This document shows, piece after piece, positions 28,192-37,723 of a stretch of DNA of 64,000 nt. The notes beneath the pieces were generated by a model that did no database searches, was not told the DNA's origin, and saw only the letters and a program-made list of their open reading frames with translations. The translations under genes and the position numbers were made by a program. Every line of letters starts with the position of its first letter. The stretch's first letter is position 1. This DNA is from Fibrobacteria bacterium (GTDB taxonomy: Bacteria; Fibrobacterota; Chitinivibrionia; Chitinivibrionales; FEN-1185), in contig JBBIGR010000002.1 in assembly GCA_037447435.1 (NCBI GenBank), positions 128,001 through 192,000 on the forward strand, in the 5' to 3' direction.

Positions 28192-28926
28192 TTGGGTAAG
28201 AACATAGTTGTCACGGGCGGATCTAAAGGAATAGGCAAATCGATAGTCGAAACGCTTGCTGCAGAGGGTAATTCGATCGTATTTACCTATAATAGCGGCA
28301 AAGAGGCTGCGGAACAAACGGTATCCGATCTTTCAAAGCAAGGTTTAAAAGTTTTTGCTTTCCAGGCCGACCTGTCGGATTTTGCTCAAGCCGAAAAGCT
28401 TATCGCTTTTGCAAAGGAAACGCTTGGAAGCATAGATTGTCTGGTCAACAATGCAGGAATTACCCGCGATAAGAGCCTTTTCATCATGCCGAAACAGGAT
28501 TGGGACGATGTCATCAACACAAATTTGAACGGCTATTTTAACGTCACACGAAACGTTATCGGCTATTTCATGAAGAATAAAAATGGCTGCATTGTAAACA
28601 TTACTTCTGTCAGTGGAATGTCGGGCGTTGGGGGACAAACCAATTACTGCGCTTCGAAAGCAGGGATTATCGGATTTACCAAAAGCCTTGCCAAGGAAGT
28701 TGCCAAACTTTCGATTCGCGTCAATTGCGTGGCACCGGGCTACATTGAGACGGACATGACAAAAAAAATGAGCGAAAAGCATCTTGAAGAAGTCAAAAAG
28801 GCAATTCCGATGCAACGCCTCGGAACATCGAATGAGGTGGCAGACCTTGTTTCGTTTCTTCTCTCGAACAAAGCTTCCTATATTACCGGACAGGTTTTTA
28901 CCGTTGACGGCGGATTAACCTCATGA
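28192..28926 (+). CDS. fabG: 3-oxoacyl-ACP reductase
   Basis: TGGSKGIG, NNAGITRD, YCASKAG, PGYIETDMT and ITGQVFTVDGG motifs. Confidence 0.9.
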   Translation: MGKNIVVTGGSKGIGKSIVETLAAEGNSIVFTYNSGKEAAEQTVSDLSKQGLKVFAFQADLSDFAQAEKLIAFAKETLGSIDCLVNNAGITRDKSLFIMPKQDWDDVINTNLNGYFNVTRNVIGYFMKNKNGCIVNITSVSGMSGVGGQTNYCASKAGIIGFTKSLAKEVAKLSIRVNCVAPGYIETDMTKKMSEKHLEEVKKAIPMQRLGTSNEVADLVSFLLSNKASYITGQVFTVDGGLTS

Positions 28927-29143
28927 AAAAGGTGAATATCCGGTAAAAAATCAGTGAAAATTCCCAAAATTTTGCAATATGGGGTTTATGTAAATCTCAT
29001 ATTTTCGGCTTTATGCATTTACCTGTCGGATTTTATTGAACCAATTCTCTGATTAAAGTATTTTAAAAAGTTGAATGAAAATGCATTTTTAACGCGGTTT
29101 ATCGCAATTTCGTGTCTGCCCATTATCCTATTTAAATAAATAT

Positions 29144-30373
29144 ATGAAAAAAGAAAGAGTCGTCATTACAGGACTTGGCGCTGTAACGCCCATCGGCATC
29201 GGTATCGATGCTTTTTGGAATGCGGCTAAAAATGGTACTAACGGTTTAAAACCCATAACGGCTTTTGACGCTTCGATGTTCAGAACCGATATCGGCGGCG
29301 AAGTAAAAAATTTTCAGCCGCAAGAATATCTTTCTTCGGCCGAAATATCCTCAATGGGCAGATCAAGCCATTTTGCAATCGCTGCTTCGGAAATGGCAAT
29401 TAAACAATCCGGCATCGATATTTCCAAGGAAAATCCCTTCCGTTTCGGCGTAAGCCTTGGCACAACAATGGGTGAGCCTCAAATTCTTGAACAATGCATA
29501 GAAAAAATTTTCGCAGCAAATAAAAGAACGGAAACTATTGATTCAAATTTGCCGGGTCAATATCCTTGCGGAGTCATTGCAGCTCATGTCGCACGTCATT
29601 TCAAAGCATGCGGACCAACCATTATGATTCCCACCGCTTGCGCTGCGGGAAACTATGCCATCGGCTATGCTTTCGACCTGCTCGGGCTCGGTTGCGCTGA
29701 TATCGTTATTGCCGGAGGCAGCGACCCTATTTCAAAAATCGCCTATACCGGCTTTAGCCGGCTTCTCGCAACTGCAAAGGAATCATGCAAACCGTTCGAT
29801 AAAAACCGCGATGGAATGGCCGTAGGCGAAGGTGCGGGCATGCTTGTCATGGAAACATTGACTCATGCGCAAAAACGCGGCGCGACAATACTTGCCGAAG
29901 TGCTTGGATACGGTATTGCCTGTGACGCGCATAACATGACCATTCCCGATCCCTCGGGCTCAGGCGGTATTTTAGCACTCAGCAAAGCCTTTGCAAACGC
30001 AAATATCTCTCCCGACACCATCGATTACATCAGTGCCCATGGTACGGGTACGAAGGAAAACGATAAAACCGAGACATTCATAATAAAATCCGTTTTCCAA
30101 GAAAAAGCAAAATCGATTCCGATATCTTCAATTAAATCAATGATCGGACATACAATGGGAGCGGCGTCGGCAATCGAAGCGGTCGCCTGTTGTTTAATGA
30201 TTCAACACAACACGCTTTTGCCGACAATCAATTATTCCGAACCGGATCCTGAATGCGATTTGGATTATGTGCCGAATGTCAGCAGGAACGCGTCGGTAAA
30301 CCGTATCGTTTCCAATGCCTATGCGTTCGGCGGAAACACCTCCGCGCTCATTGTAGGAAGGTTTGGGGCCTGA
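29144..30373 (+). CDS. fabF: Beta-ketoacyl-ACP synthase (catalytically intact)
   Basis: TACAAG (Cys), SAHGTGT and IGHTMGA (His-His), AFGG. Confidence 0.9.
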   Translation: MKKERVVITGLGAVTPIGIGIDAFWNAAKNGTNGLKPITAFDASMFRTDIGGEVKNFQPQEYLSSAEISSMGRSSHFAIAASEMAIKQSGIDISKENPFRFGVSLGTTMGEPQILEQCIEKIFAANKRTETIDSNLPGQYPCGVIAAHVARHFKACGPTIMIPTACAAGNYAIGYAFDLLGLGCADIVIAGGSDPISKIAYTGFSRLLATAKESCKPFDKNRDGMAVGEGAGMLVMETLTHAQKRGATILAEVLGYGIACDAHNMTIPDPSGSGGILALSKAFANANISPDTIDYISAHGTGTKENDKTETFIIKSVFQEKAKSIPISSIKSMIGHTMGAASAIEAVACCLMIQHNTLLPTINYSEPDPECDLDYVPNVSRNASVNRIVSNAYAFGGNTSALIVGRFGA

Positions 30374-30375
30374 CT

Positions 30376-31569
30376 GTGAAAATCGTTATAACAAAAGCAA
30401 GTTCCTATAGCTGCCTCGGTTCGACAAAAGAAGAAATTGCGAAATCTCTGAGTGCCCCTTCGCAACTAAATTCGGTAACCGATTTCGGATTTCATTCGTT
30501 CTCTCAGCCGCAGCCCTGTTTCAGCATACCTCATTTTGACCCGGAACCGATTTTAGGGAAAAAAGGCTTGCGTACCAAAGACAGGGCAACGAAACTGCTT
30601 CTTGCTACGTGCGAACTCGGATTCAAGGAAGCATTTGAAACGACGCCCGAAGATTCACGAATGGGCATTTGCATCGGTACCGCTTTTGGAAGCGTGCAAA
30701 GCATCGGCGACTTCCTGTCCGACGCCATTGCCAACGGCCCGCACAACGTCAATCCCATGGCATTTGCAAACACCGTCATCAATGCGCCGACATCGAATGC
30801 AAATATCCGTTATACGTCGCGCATGTCCAGTACGACCGTTTCGACGACATTTAATGCGGGCATGGATGCTCTGGCATATGCCTTTACCTATATTAAAAGC
30901 GGGCACGCTTCGCGTCTTCTTGTCGGCGGGCTCGAGGAAATAAGCTACTATGCCCTTGCCGGACTTGCAAAAAGCAATGTACTTTCCGACCAGGGAAGGT
31001 GTCTGCCTTTCGGTTCAAATGCCGACGGTTTTTTACTGGGTGAAGGATGCGCGGTTTTTTGCGTCGAAACCGAGGAATCGGCACTCGCGCGCAATGCAAC
31101 CATTCTTGCGGAAATCGCGGGAATACACAGCTGCTTCGATCCCAAGCAAGGCGGCCACGGATACAACCCGGACGCTTCCGGAGCACGTCATACGGTTTCG
31201 GAGGCATGCCTGCAAGCGGAAATTTCTCCAAAAGACATAACCTTTGTAGCGGCAAGTGCGAACGGTAATCCCTATGGTGACGCCATGGAAGCAAAAGTCA
31301 TAGCCGATCTGTTACCCGAAGTCCCTGTTACAGCATATAAATCAAAAACAGGTGAATGCCTCGGCGCTTCCGGCGCTCTGAATATCGCCTGCGCACTGTC
31401 CGATATGGAAGCGCAACGAATCAGCGGTATCGCAAACCGATATGAACTCAATGCACCTATCAATTTGGTTTTTAATACCATTGAAGGCGTTTCGAGCCGA
31501 TACGTTCTTGTAAATTCATTCTCATGCGATGGATATTGCGCAAGTTTGGTACTTAAAAACAGGCTTTAA
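30376..31569 (+). CDS. Non-catalytic ketosynthase homolog (chain-length-factor-like)
   Basis: KS fold (GEGCAVF, YKSKTGE) but the triad is replaced: TTFNAG, SANGNP, TGECLG. GTG start 2 nt after the fabF stop. Confidence 0.82.
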   Translation: MKIVITKASSYSCLGSTKEEIAKSLSAPSQLNSVTDFGFHSFSQPQPCFSIPHFDPEPILGKKGLRTKDRATKLLLATCELGFKEAFETTPEDSRMGICIGTAFGSVQSIGDFLSDAIANGPHNVNPMAFANTVINAPTSNANIRYTSRMSSTTVSTTFNAGMDALAYAFTYIKSGHASRLLVGGLEEISYYALAGLAKSNVLSDQGRCLPFGSNADGFLLGEGCAVFCVETEESALARNATILAEIAGIHSCFDPKQGGHGYNPDASGARHTVSEACLQAEISPKDITFVAASANGNPYGDAMEAKVIADLLPEVPVTAYKSKTGECLGASGALNIACALSDMEAQRISGIANRYELNAPINLVFNTIEGVSSRYVLVNSFSCDGYCASLVLKNRL

Positions 31570-31605
31570 AATTCATTTGTACATCATACGCCCAAAGGAG
31601 AAAGA

Positions 31606-31866
31606 ATGACAACACCGGACATCAAATCTGCGATTCGCACCCTGATTGTGGATATAGCGGAGGATATGGAAATCGATGAAGCAAAAATTACCGATGATGC
31701 GCATTTTATTAAAGACATGGGCCTTGATTCCATGGCGCTTTTGGAAGTACTTGCCACTATGGAAAAGAAATTCAGCGTTACGATTCCGGAAACCGAGTTT
31801 CCCAATATCGTGACCATCAACAAATGCGCAGAGACGGTCCAGAAATATCTCGACCAAAAAAAATAA
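31606..31866 (+). CDS. Acyl carrier protein
   Basis: 86 aa, acidic, DMGLDSMALLE phosphopantetheine Ser motif; AAGGAG RBS. Confidence 0.93.
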   Translation: MTTPDIKSAIRTLIVDIAEDMEIDEAKITDDAHFIKDMGLDSMALLEVLATMEKKFSVTIPETEFPNIVTINKCAETVQKYLDQKK

Positions 31867-31883
31867 TTTCATCATTGTCTATG

Positions 31884-31915
31884 CAGAGACGTACGTGCAG
31901 TGCGTCTCTGTTTTT
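31884..31915 (+). terminator. Stem-loop plus U-tract after ACP (REP-like)
   Basis: CAGAGACGTAC-GTGCA-GTGCGTCTCTG followed by TTTTT. Confidence 0.65.
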
Positions 31916-31956
31916 CCCGATTTTTCCCTACCGAATTTCACAGTGCCGACCGCCGT

Positions 31957-33984
31957 ATGATAAAACAAAAAATTCTGTTGGTTTACATTGGAAACGAACA
32001 AGGCTCCTGGGGATCGACGGCATTTCCCAAAGCAGCTCATTATTATGTCATGCCAGGAATTTTATATTGTGCCAAGGTGCTCCAGCAGAGCGCTTTGACA
32101 AAAGATAGATTTGAAATTTCCTATCGTTTTTTCAACAGCGCGGTGCAATCGCAAACGGAAATCCTTTCCGACATTCTCGCAAGCGATGTCGACTGCATAG
32201 GGTTTTCGGTATACTGCTGGAACGTTTCATGGTCTCTGTCCTTAATCCGCAACATTAAAGAAAATTCGCCCTCAAAACTAATCGTTGCGGGCGGTCCCGA
32301 ATTATGCATGAAAAACAGTGATGAATGCGGACTATTTTTTAAAAACAACCCCGGCCTCGACATGCTTGTTTTCGGAGAATCCGAGTCAAAGCTTCCAGAA
32401 CTTATGGTCGCGTTGTTCGACAACACTCCGTTGTCGCCGCACATTACGGGCTTCGCGTTTTCCCGGGATTTTGGTGCGAGCGGAGAATTTACCAAAGGAT
32501 ATACCCTAATAACCGACGACATTCCGACTATCTACCCTTTTGCGCTTGAGGTCAAACGATCTGCATCATGCGGTATCGCCGTGGTGTACGAAACGGGTCG
32601 CGGATGCCCGTACAAATGCATTTATTGCCAATTCAGCCATCGCAACCACAAGCCGTACCGATACGACGTTACCAGGGTCGAGCGTGAATTGGAATGGCTT
32701 TTCGAGGAGAATTTCGAATGCATACATTTTGCCGATGCCGTGTTTGATCTTGACATTTCGTATGCTAAAACCATTTTAAACATATGCAAAAAGCATAACC
32801 GGGCGACATCGTTATTCTTTTATTGCTCGTTTTACAAGATGGACGAAGAGCTTGCAGCGTTATTTTGCGAGTCCCAAGCGCAAATATGCGTCGGAATTCA
32901 ATCGACCAACAAGGATGTTCTTTCTAAAATCAATAGGGCACTGAGCCCGCGCCTGTTTCATGACATAAAGGATACTCTTTTAAAATATCCTATCAATTTC
33001 TATGTCGACCTTATTTTCGGGTTACCGCACGATACGCTCAAGTCCTTTACAAAGTCCCTATCCGACACTTTAAAACTTGCGCCCAGTTTCATCATGGTAT
33101 TTCCGCTCACGCTGATAAAAGGAACCCCGCTGGATACCAATGCCGATGCGTATGGAATAAAAGTGCATTCCCCGCAATCCATAAACTCCTTGGACCTCAT
33201 GTGCGACATCGAGTATAAAAACATCGCTTTGTATAAAGACTTCCTTATTGATGACCTCATCGAATTCGACGATATCGCCTTGGCTCTTTTTTATTTTTAT
33301 TCCCGTTTCAGGCTCAGCCTCAGTTATTTGGAAAAACGATGTGGGGAAAATAACGGCTCCCTGTACCAGCGAATCGGGCAAAAAATCAAATCATTTTTAA
33401 AACAGCGAGGGATTGTCGCGACAAACACAAATTTCATCGAAGGGTTCGAAGACGAAATCAAATCCATCTTTTTCTTTGAAGCGAAACGTTGTGGGGCCAT
33501 GCAACGCGAACTACTTGCTTTTGAGGAAATTTTCAAACTGGACATTTACCGTATTCTCATGGTCTCGTCGCCGCAGCGCGAGAAGCTTTTCAAAACCGGT
33601 TTAAAAATGAGACAGGCCGCCGTTGCGAAGGAACTTCTTCCGGAAACGGCACTCATGCGAATTGCGCCGGGAAAAGCCGTTTCAATTCCATTTTCCTTTA
33701 ATGACCTTCTGTCGCTTTCTACCATCAAAGAGGAAATTCAAAATAAACCCGATATTGTTTACGTTTGTTCTCCTTTTTCCCGATGGGATGTTCTCATGAT
33801 GCCTCTATCGCCGTTGCAAAAGTTCTTGCTCGACACAATTCCGGTCGACAGGCCGGCAAAATTCAAGCAAATTCTACAATCCGCAAAGATCGGTTTTTAC
33901 AAAGCTTCCGGTATTGACCCTGATGAAAATTCTATATTTCAAAATGTCCGGATGCTTGCTTCCTTGGATATTATTTCCTTTTGA
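31957..33984 (+). CDS. Cobalamin-binding radical SAM enzyme with long C-terminal extension
   Basis: IGFSVYCWN, AGGPE, FGESE; YETGRGCPYKCIYC; GIQS, DLIFGLP, LIKGTPL. Confidence 0.88.
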   Translation: MIKQKILLVYIGNEQGSWGSTAFPKAAHYYVMPGILYCAKVLQQSALTKDRFEISYRFFNSAVQSQTEILSDILASDVDCIGFSVYCWNVSWSLSLIRNIKENSPSKLIVAGGPELCMKNSDECGLFFKNNPGLDMLVFGESESKLPELMVALFDNTPLSPHITGFAFSRDFGASGEFTKGYTLITDDIPTIYPFALEVKRSASCGIAVVYETGRGCPYKCIYCQFSHRNHKPYRYDVTRVERELEWLFEENFECIHFADAVFDLDISYAKTILNICKKHNRATSLFFYCSFYKMDEELAALFCESQAQICVGIQSTNKDVLSKINRALSPRLFHDIKDTLLKYPINFYVDLIFGLPHDTLKSFTKSLSDTLKLAPSFIMVFPLTLIKGTPLDTNADAYGIKVHSPQSINSLDLMCDIEYKNIALYKDFLIDDLIEFDDIALALFYFYSRFRLSLSYLEKRCGENNGSLYQRIGQKIKSFLKQRGIVATNTNFIEGFEDEIKSIFFFEAKRCGAMQRELLAFEEIFKLDIYRILMVSSPQREKLFKTGLKMRQAAVAKELLPETALMRIAPGKAVSIPFSFNDLLSLSTIKEEIQNKPDIVYVCSPFSRWDVLMMPLSPLQKFLLDTIPVDRPAKFKQILQSAKIGFYKASGIDPDENSIFQNVRMLASLDIISF

Positions 33985-34067
33985 GTTTTGATATTTTCGC
34001 TGTCGTCATGCATATTTAACCATTATTTTCCCAATACTCCTCACATCGAAAGTATTTGCATAAAAGT

Positions 34068-34946
34068 ATGTCGCTTTCAAGTCATCTTCAGTCAAAAGAA
34101 TTCATGCACTCGCTTCCCGATTTATCCTTAGAAAAACTCAAGGATCATATCCTGTCAAAAGGCCGTCAATGGTATGACTCCAATCCTTTGGAATCCGAAA
34201 CAATCAAGAAAAACTGCCTCGAATTCGGCTTAGATTGCGACGCACAAAGATTAAAGAATATCCAACATCATATTCTACTTCATTATTATGAAAAGCTTAT
34301 TCCGTTCACCATGACTCCGCATCGCTATGCCGAGTATTTAAAAACCAGAATGACCTTGGCAAACGAAATTTCGTTTATTAAAGAAAGTTTGTCACAAAAA
34401 AAAGGCGTGCTGTTGGCAGTATGCCATTTTGGTGCGGTGGAACTGATCGGTCCGCGTCTGGCCTGCGAAGGAATTCCCTTTACAGGAACTTTGAAATTCG
34501 CAACAGCAGGATTGTCCAATGCCGCAAAAAGCGCCGCGCAAAACCTTTCAAAAACCGGACTTTTTGCCGAAATACAATTCATAGAAGTTGGTTCGACAAC
34601 TTCCGCATCGCCGCTGGAAATGGCTGCCGTACTGAGGCGCGGCGAATTGCTTATGTCGGTTTTCGACGAATTGACCCGATACAGCACGGAAGTCACTTTG
34701 TTTGGTAAAAAGGTTTTGGGCGGCGCAGGCCTCCAAAAACTCGTATCGTTTATGCACGGCGAAATTACGGTCTGCATCGCATTTGCAGTGAGAAGGGAGA
34801 ACGAAACCTATACGCTGCACGTCGCGTCGCTCGATACTCGTGATAAATCGATAATTCAAACAATGTACCGGTCTTTTGAAACAATCACCGCAGGCCAATT
34901 GGATCAATGGTATTTTTTGCATGAAGGAATACCTTTTGTCAAATAA
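34068..34946 (+). CDS. Lipid A/lysophospholipid-type acyltransferase (LpxL-like, divergent)
   Basis: KGVLLAVCHFGAVE (HxxxxE), LRRGE, VTLFG and QWYFLH motifs. Confidence 0.75.
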   Translation: MSLSSHLQSKEFMHSLPDLSLEKLKDHILSKGRQWYDSNPLESETIKKNCLEFGLDCDAQRLKNIQHHILLHYYEKLIPFTMTPHRYAEYLKTRMTLANEISFIKESLSQKKGVLLAVCHFGAVELIGPRLACEGIPFTGTLKFATAGLSNAAKSAAQNLSKTGLFAEIQFIEVGSTTSASPLEMAAVLRRGELLMSVFDELTRYSTEVTLFGKKVLGGAGLQKLVSFMHGEITVCIAFAVRRENETYTLHVASLDTRDKSIIQTMYRSFETITAGQLDQWYFLHEGIPFVK

Positions 34947-36354
34947 TTTCGACGTCGCAATTATCGGCTCCGGTATCGGAGGGCTTACGTGCGGCGCGAT
35001 CCTCGCGCAAAAGGGTTTGCGCGTTTGCGTGGCCGAAAAACATTTCCAAATCGGCGGATGCGCTCAGAGTTTTTCGCGCAAAGGCTTTACTTTTGATTCT
35101 TCGGTGCACTCGGCGCCCATGGCCGACGACGGTTTTATCTGCGGCATCTTGCATGACCTCGGCATTCGAAAAGATTTACGCATTATCCCTTATACGAATG
35201 CAATGCAAACGGTAACGCCTTCGGGGCTGTATTCGTATCCGCGGGGAATTGCGGAAATGCTTAATCGATTCGGAGCCGATTTTCCAAATGAAAAGGACTC
35301 CCTTGTTGCCCTTTTCAACGACACGGCAAATCGATTGTCGATTTACAAAGGTAAGTCTAAGGATATCGAAAAACCTTTGCCGCCATCATCAATGTCGTAT
35401 AGGGAATATATCGCTTCATTCATCCGCAATCCCCAATTGCAAGAAAAGTTTTTTACCATTTGGCCGTTCGGCGGCACATCTCCCTCTTTTGCGCCCCTTT
35501 TTAATGCGTTTATATTCTATGTCCACACCGTAGAGGGGTCTCATTATATCGAGGGTGGGTTTTCAAAACTCGCCGATGCTCTGGCGTCGGTTATCGTAAA
35601 CCGTAACGGTCAAATCAAAACGAATTGGGACGCACAATCGCTGACTATTTCCCACTCAAAAAGGGCTACGGCACTTGTAAATAGCAACAGCGAAACGATC
35701 CGGGCGAACGCCTTTGTTTCGAATATCAGTCCGTATCTTTTGCATACATCGGTTATCCCGGAGTCTTTTAGAAATAAATTGTGGCTATCCCGGCTCAATA
35801 ACCTTCGCCCTTCCCTTTCCGCTTTTTGCGTTTATTGCGGGCTTCAAGGCGATGCGGCGGAGTTCGTCCCGAACAATATTACGCTGTGGTTTGCACATGA
35901 CGACCACGACTCGATTTACAAAAGAATCCTTTCGGGTCCGCCCGATCAAATCGATCATTTGTTAATCATGCGTCCACCGGGCTTGTCGGAAAAAAGCACG
36001 CTTACCTTCATGTATTTTATACGGCACGACGCCTTCGAAAATTGGGCGGCGGCGAAAAACGCTCTGCGCGACGCCATAGTGTCGAAAGCAAAATCGCTTA
36101 TCGGCGATTTTGCCAAACAATTGGTAGTCTGCGAAACCGCAACGCCAAAAACCATAGAGCGGTATACCGGAAATACCAACGGTGCCTTGTACGGTTTCGA
36201 AAACATAAAGACTCTGTATGGTCAAACGAAATTGCCGTCGACAACGCATATCGCCAACGTGTATCAAACCGGTCATTGGACCAAATCGGGCAACGGAATG
36301 TACAATGTCATGGCAAGCGCCCAAGAAACCGCTTTTGCCGTTTTAAACTCATAG
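34936..36354 (+). CDS. FAD-dependent phytoene desaturase/retinol saturase family oxidoreductase
   Basis: IIGSGIGGL, EKHFQIGG, GFTFD, EGGFSKLADAL, TPKTIERYT.NTNGALYG and TGHWT motifs; TTG start with AAGGA RBS. Confidence 0.87.
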   Translation: MSNNFDVAIIGSGIGGLTCGAILAQKGLRVCVAEKHFQIGGCAQSFSRKGFTFDSSVHSAPMADDGFICGILHDLGIRKDLRIIPYTNAMQTVTPSGLYSYPRGIAEMLNRFGADFPNEKDSLVALFNDTANRLSIYKGKSKDIEKPLPPSSMSYREYIASFIRNPQLQEKFFTIWPFGGTSPSFAPLFNAFIFYVHTVEGSHYIEGGFSKLADALASVIVNRNGQIKTNWDAQSLTISHSKRATALVNSNSETIRANAFVSNISPYLLHTSVIPESFRNKLWLSRLNNLRPSLSAFCVYCGLQGDAAEFVPNNITLWFAHDDHDSIYKRILSGPPDQIDHLLIMRPPGLSEKSTLTFMYFIRHDAFENWAAAKNALRDAIVSKAKSLIGDFAKQLVVCETATPKTIERYTGNTNGALYGFENIKTLYGQTKLPSTTHIANVYQTGHWTKSGNGMYNVMASAQETAFAVLNS

Positions 36355-36363
36355 AAACGACAC

Positions 36364-37653
36364 ATGAAAATAAGATTGATTTACCCGAAATTCAAAAAGT
36401 TCCTCGAGGACCATCGCGATCTGCGTAACTCGCTTTCGAATCACGTGATCGGCGATTATACCATGCCGCCGTCGCTTGCGTTGCCTATAATCGCGGCTTT
36501 GACCCCCAATGATATCGACGTGGCACTTACCGACGACAATATCGAAACAATCGATTTCGATGAAAAAGCCGATCTTGTTGCAATAAGCTGCTTTACGCCG
36601 CAAGCCGGGCGCGCATATGAAATTGCCGATGCATTTCGAAAACGCGGTACCAAAACCATTTTGGGCGGCATTCATCCAACAGCCATGCCCGATGAGGCAC
36701 TTTTACATGCCGATAGTGTGTGTATAGGCGAAGTCGAAGATCTTTGGGAAACGATTTTACAAGATGCAAAAACCAATTCTTTGAAACCTAAATACAGCGC
36801 ATCCCAGTATTCGGATATCGCCAAACACCCGATTCCAAAGCGCAAAATCTTCAATGAAAACAATTACCGTTGGAACGCGCACCTTGTCCAAGTTATGAGA
36901 GGGTGCCCGGCGCCCTGTGCTGGCTGTCCTGTTCCCTATATGGGCGGCACAATGTTCCGGCTTCGCCCCGTAGACAACATCGTTGCCGACATCCTCTCGA
37001 TGCCATACAAGGAATTCTATTTTACCGATGATACCGTGATGTTGCCCGGCAAAAAACCCATGAAATTTTTACTTTCCATAATGGAACGAACCAAGGAACT
37101 TTCCGACATTAACATATTTTTGGCTTCCACTATGATGATGGCGCCTGATCCGCAATTTTATAAAAAGCTAAAAGAGGGCGGCGTCGCTTCCATGTATACG
37201 GTTTTCGGCTTCGATCGCCTGTCGCAAACATTATTCGATAAAGATTGTTCCAAAGCCGACTGGCAGGCGGGAATCGACTTGGTGAGAATGATCGAAGATA
37301 GCGGCATTCATTTTTTCGGTTCGTTCGGAATCGGGTTCGATATTCAGGACGCCGGCGCTGCCGACAGGATTTTACAATTCACCCGTGACGCAAAAATCGA
37401 TTTGGCGGAATTCTATATTCCCACGCCGTTTCCCGGTACTAAATTCGGCAAACAAATTATTGAAGAGAACAGGCTCTTACACCGGAATTATTCTTTGTGG
37501 AACCATGCGAATGTCGTCTTCAAACCCAAGAATTTTTCGGAAGAGGAATTGTTGCAAAACTTTTTTTATATTTGGAAAGAATTCTTCAAGGACAAAAACC
37601 CGCGAAATACGGTTCGCAGTTTTACACTCAACGATAGCAAAACCGGAAAGTAG
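36364..37653 (+). CDS. Cobalamin-binding radical SAM enzyme (paralog B)
   Basis: GGIHPTAMPDEALLHADSVCIGEVE; RGCPAPCAGC; TPFPGT; clear paralog of 26779-28122. Confidence 0.88.
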   Translation: MKIRLIYPKFKKFLEDHRDLRNSLSNHVIGDYTMPPSLALPIIAALTPNDIDVALTDDNIETIDFDEKADLVAISCFTPQAGRAYEIADAFRKRGTKTILGGIHPTAMPDEALLHADSVCIGEVEDLWETILQDAKTNSLKPKYSASQYSDIAKHPIPKRKIFNENNYRWNAHLVQVMRGCPAPCAGCPVPYMGGTMFRLRPVDNIVADILSMPYKEFYFTDDTVMLPGKKPMKFLLSIMERTKELSDINIFLASTMMMAPDPQFYKKLKEGGVASMYTVFGFDRLSQTLFDKDCSKADWQAGIDLVRMIEDSGIHFFGSFGIGFDIQDAGAADRILQFTRDAKIDLAEFYIPTPFPGTKFGKQIIEENRLLHRNYSLWNHANVVFKPKNFSEEELLQNFFYIWKEFFKDKNPRNTVRSFTLNDSKTGK

Positions 37654-37678
37654 TACCGTATTGTTTTTCATTATAAAT

Positions 37679-37704
37679 CAAGGGCGATTGATTAATCGCC
37701 CTTG
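37679..37704. terminator. Hairpin between convergent genes (REP-like, probable terminator)
   Basis: CAAGGGCGATT-GATT-AATCGCCCTTG, perfect 11-bp stem. Confidence 0.6.
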
Positions 37705-37723
37705 CGCAACGGCAAAAGGGTTT

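Noticed and set aside
29078..29089. AAAATGCATTTT palindrome upstream of fabF as an operator
   Set aside because: Short AT-rich palindrome in AT-rich DNA, with no second copy noticed in the cluster.
31957..33984. RiPP cluster around the radical SAM genes
   Set aside because: No precursor peptide or SPASM Cys motif is evident; the only small ORF is a clear ACP.
34936..36354. Carotenoid or hopanoid pathway
   Set aside because: No phytoene/squalene synthase, cyclase or prenyltransferase nearby; the context is ACP-based.
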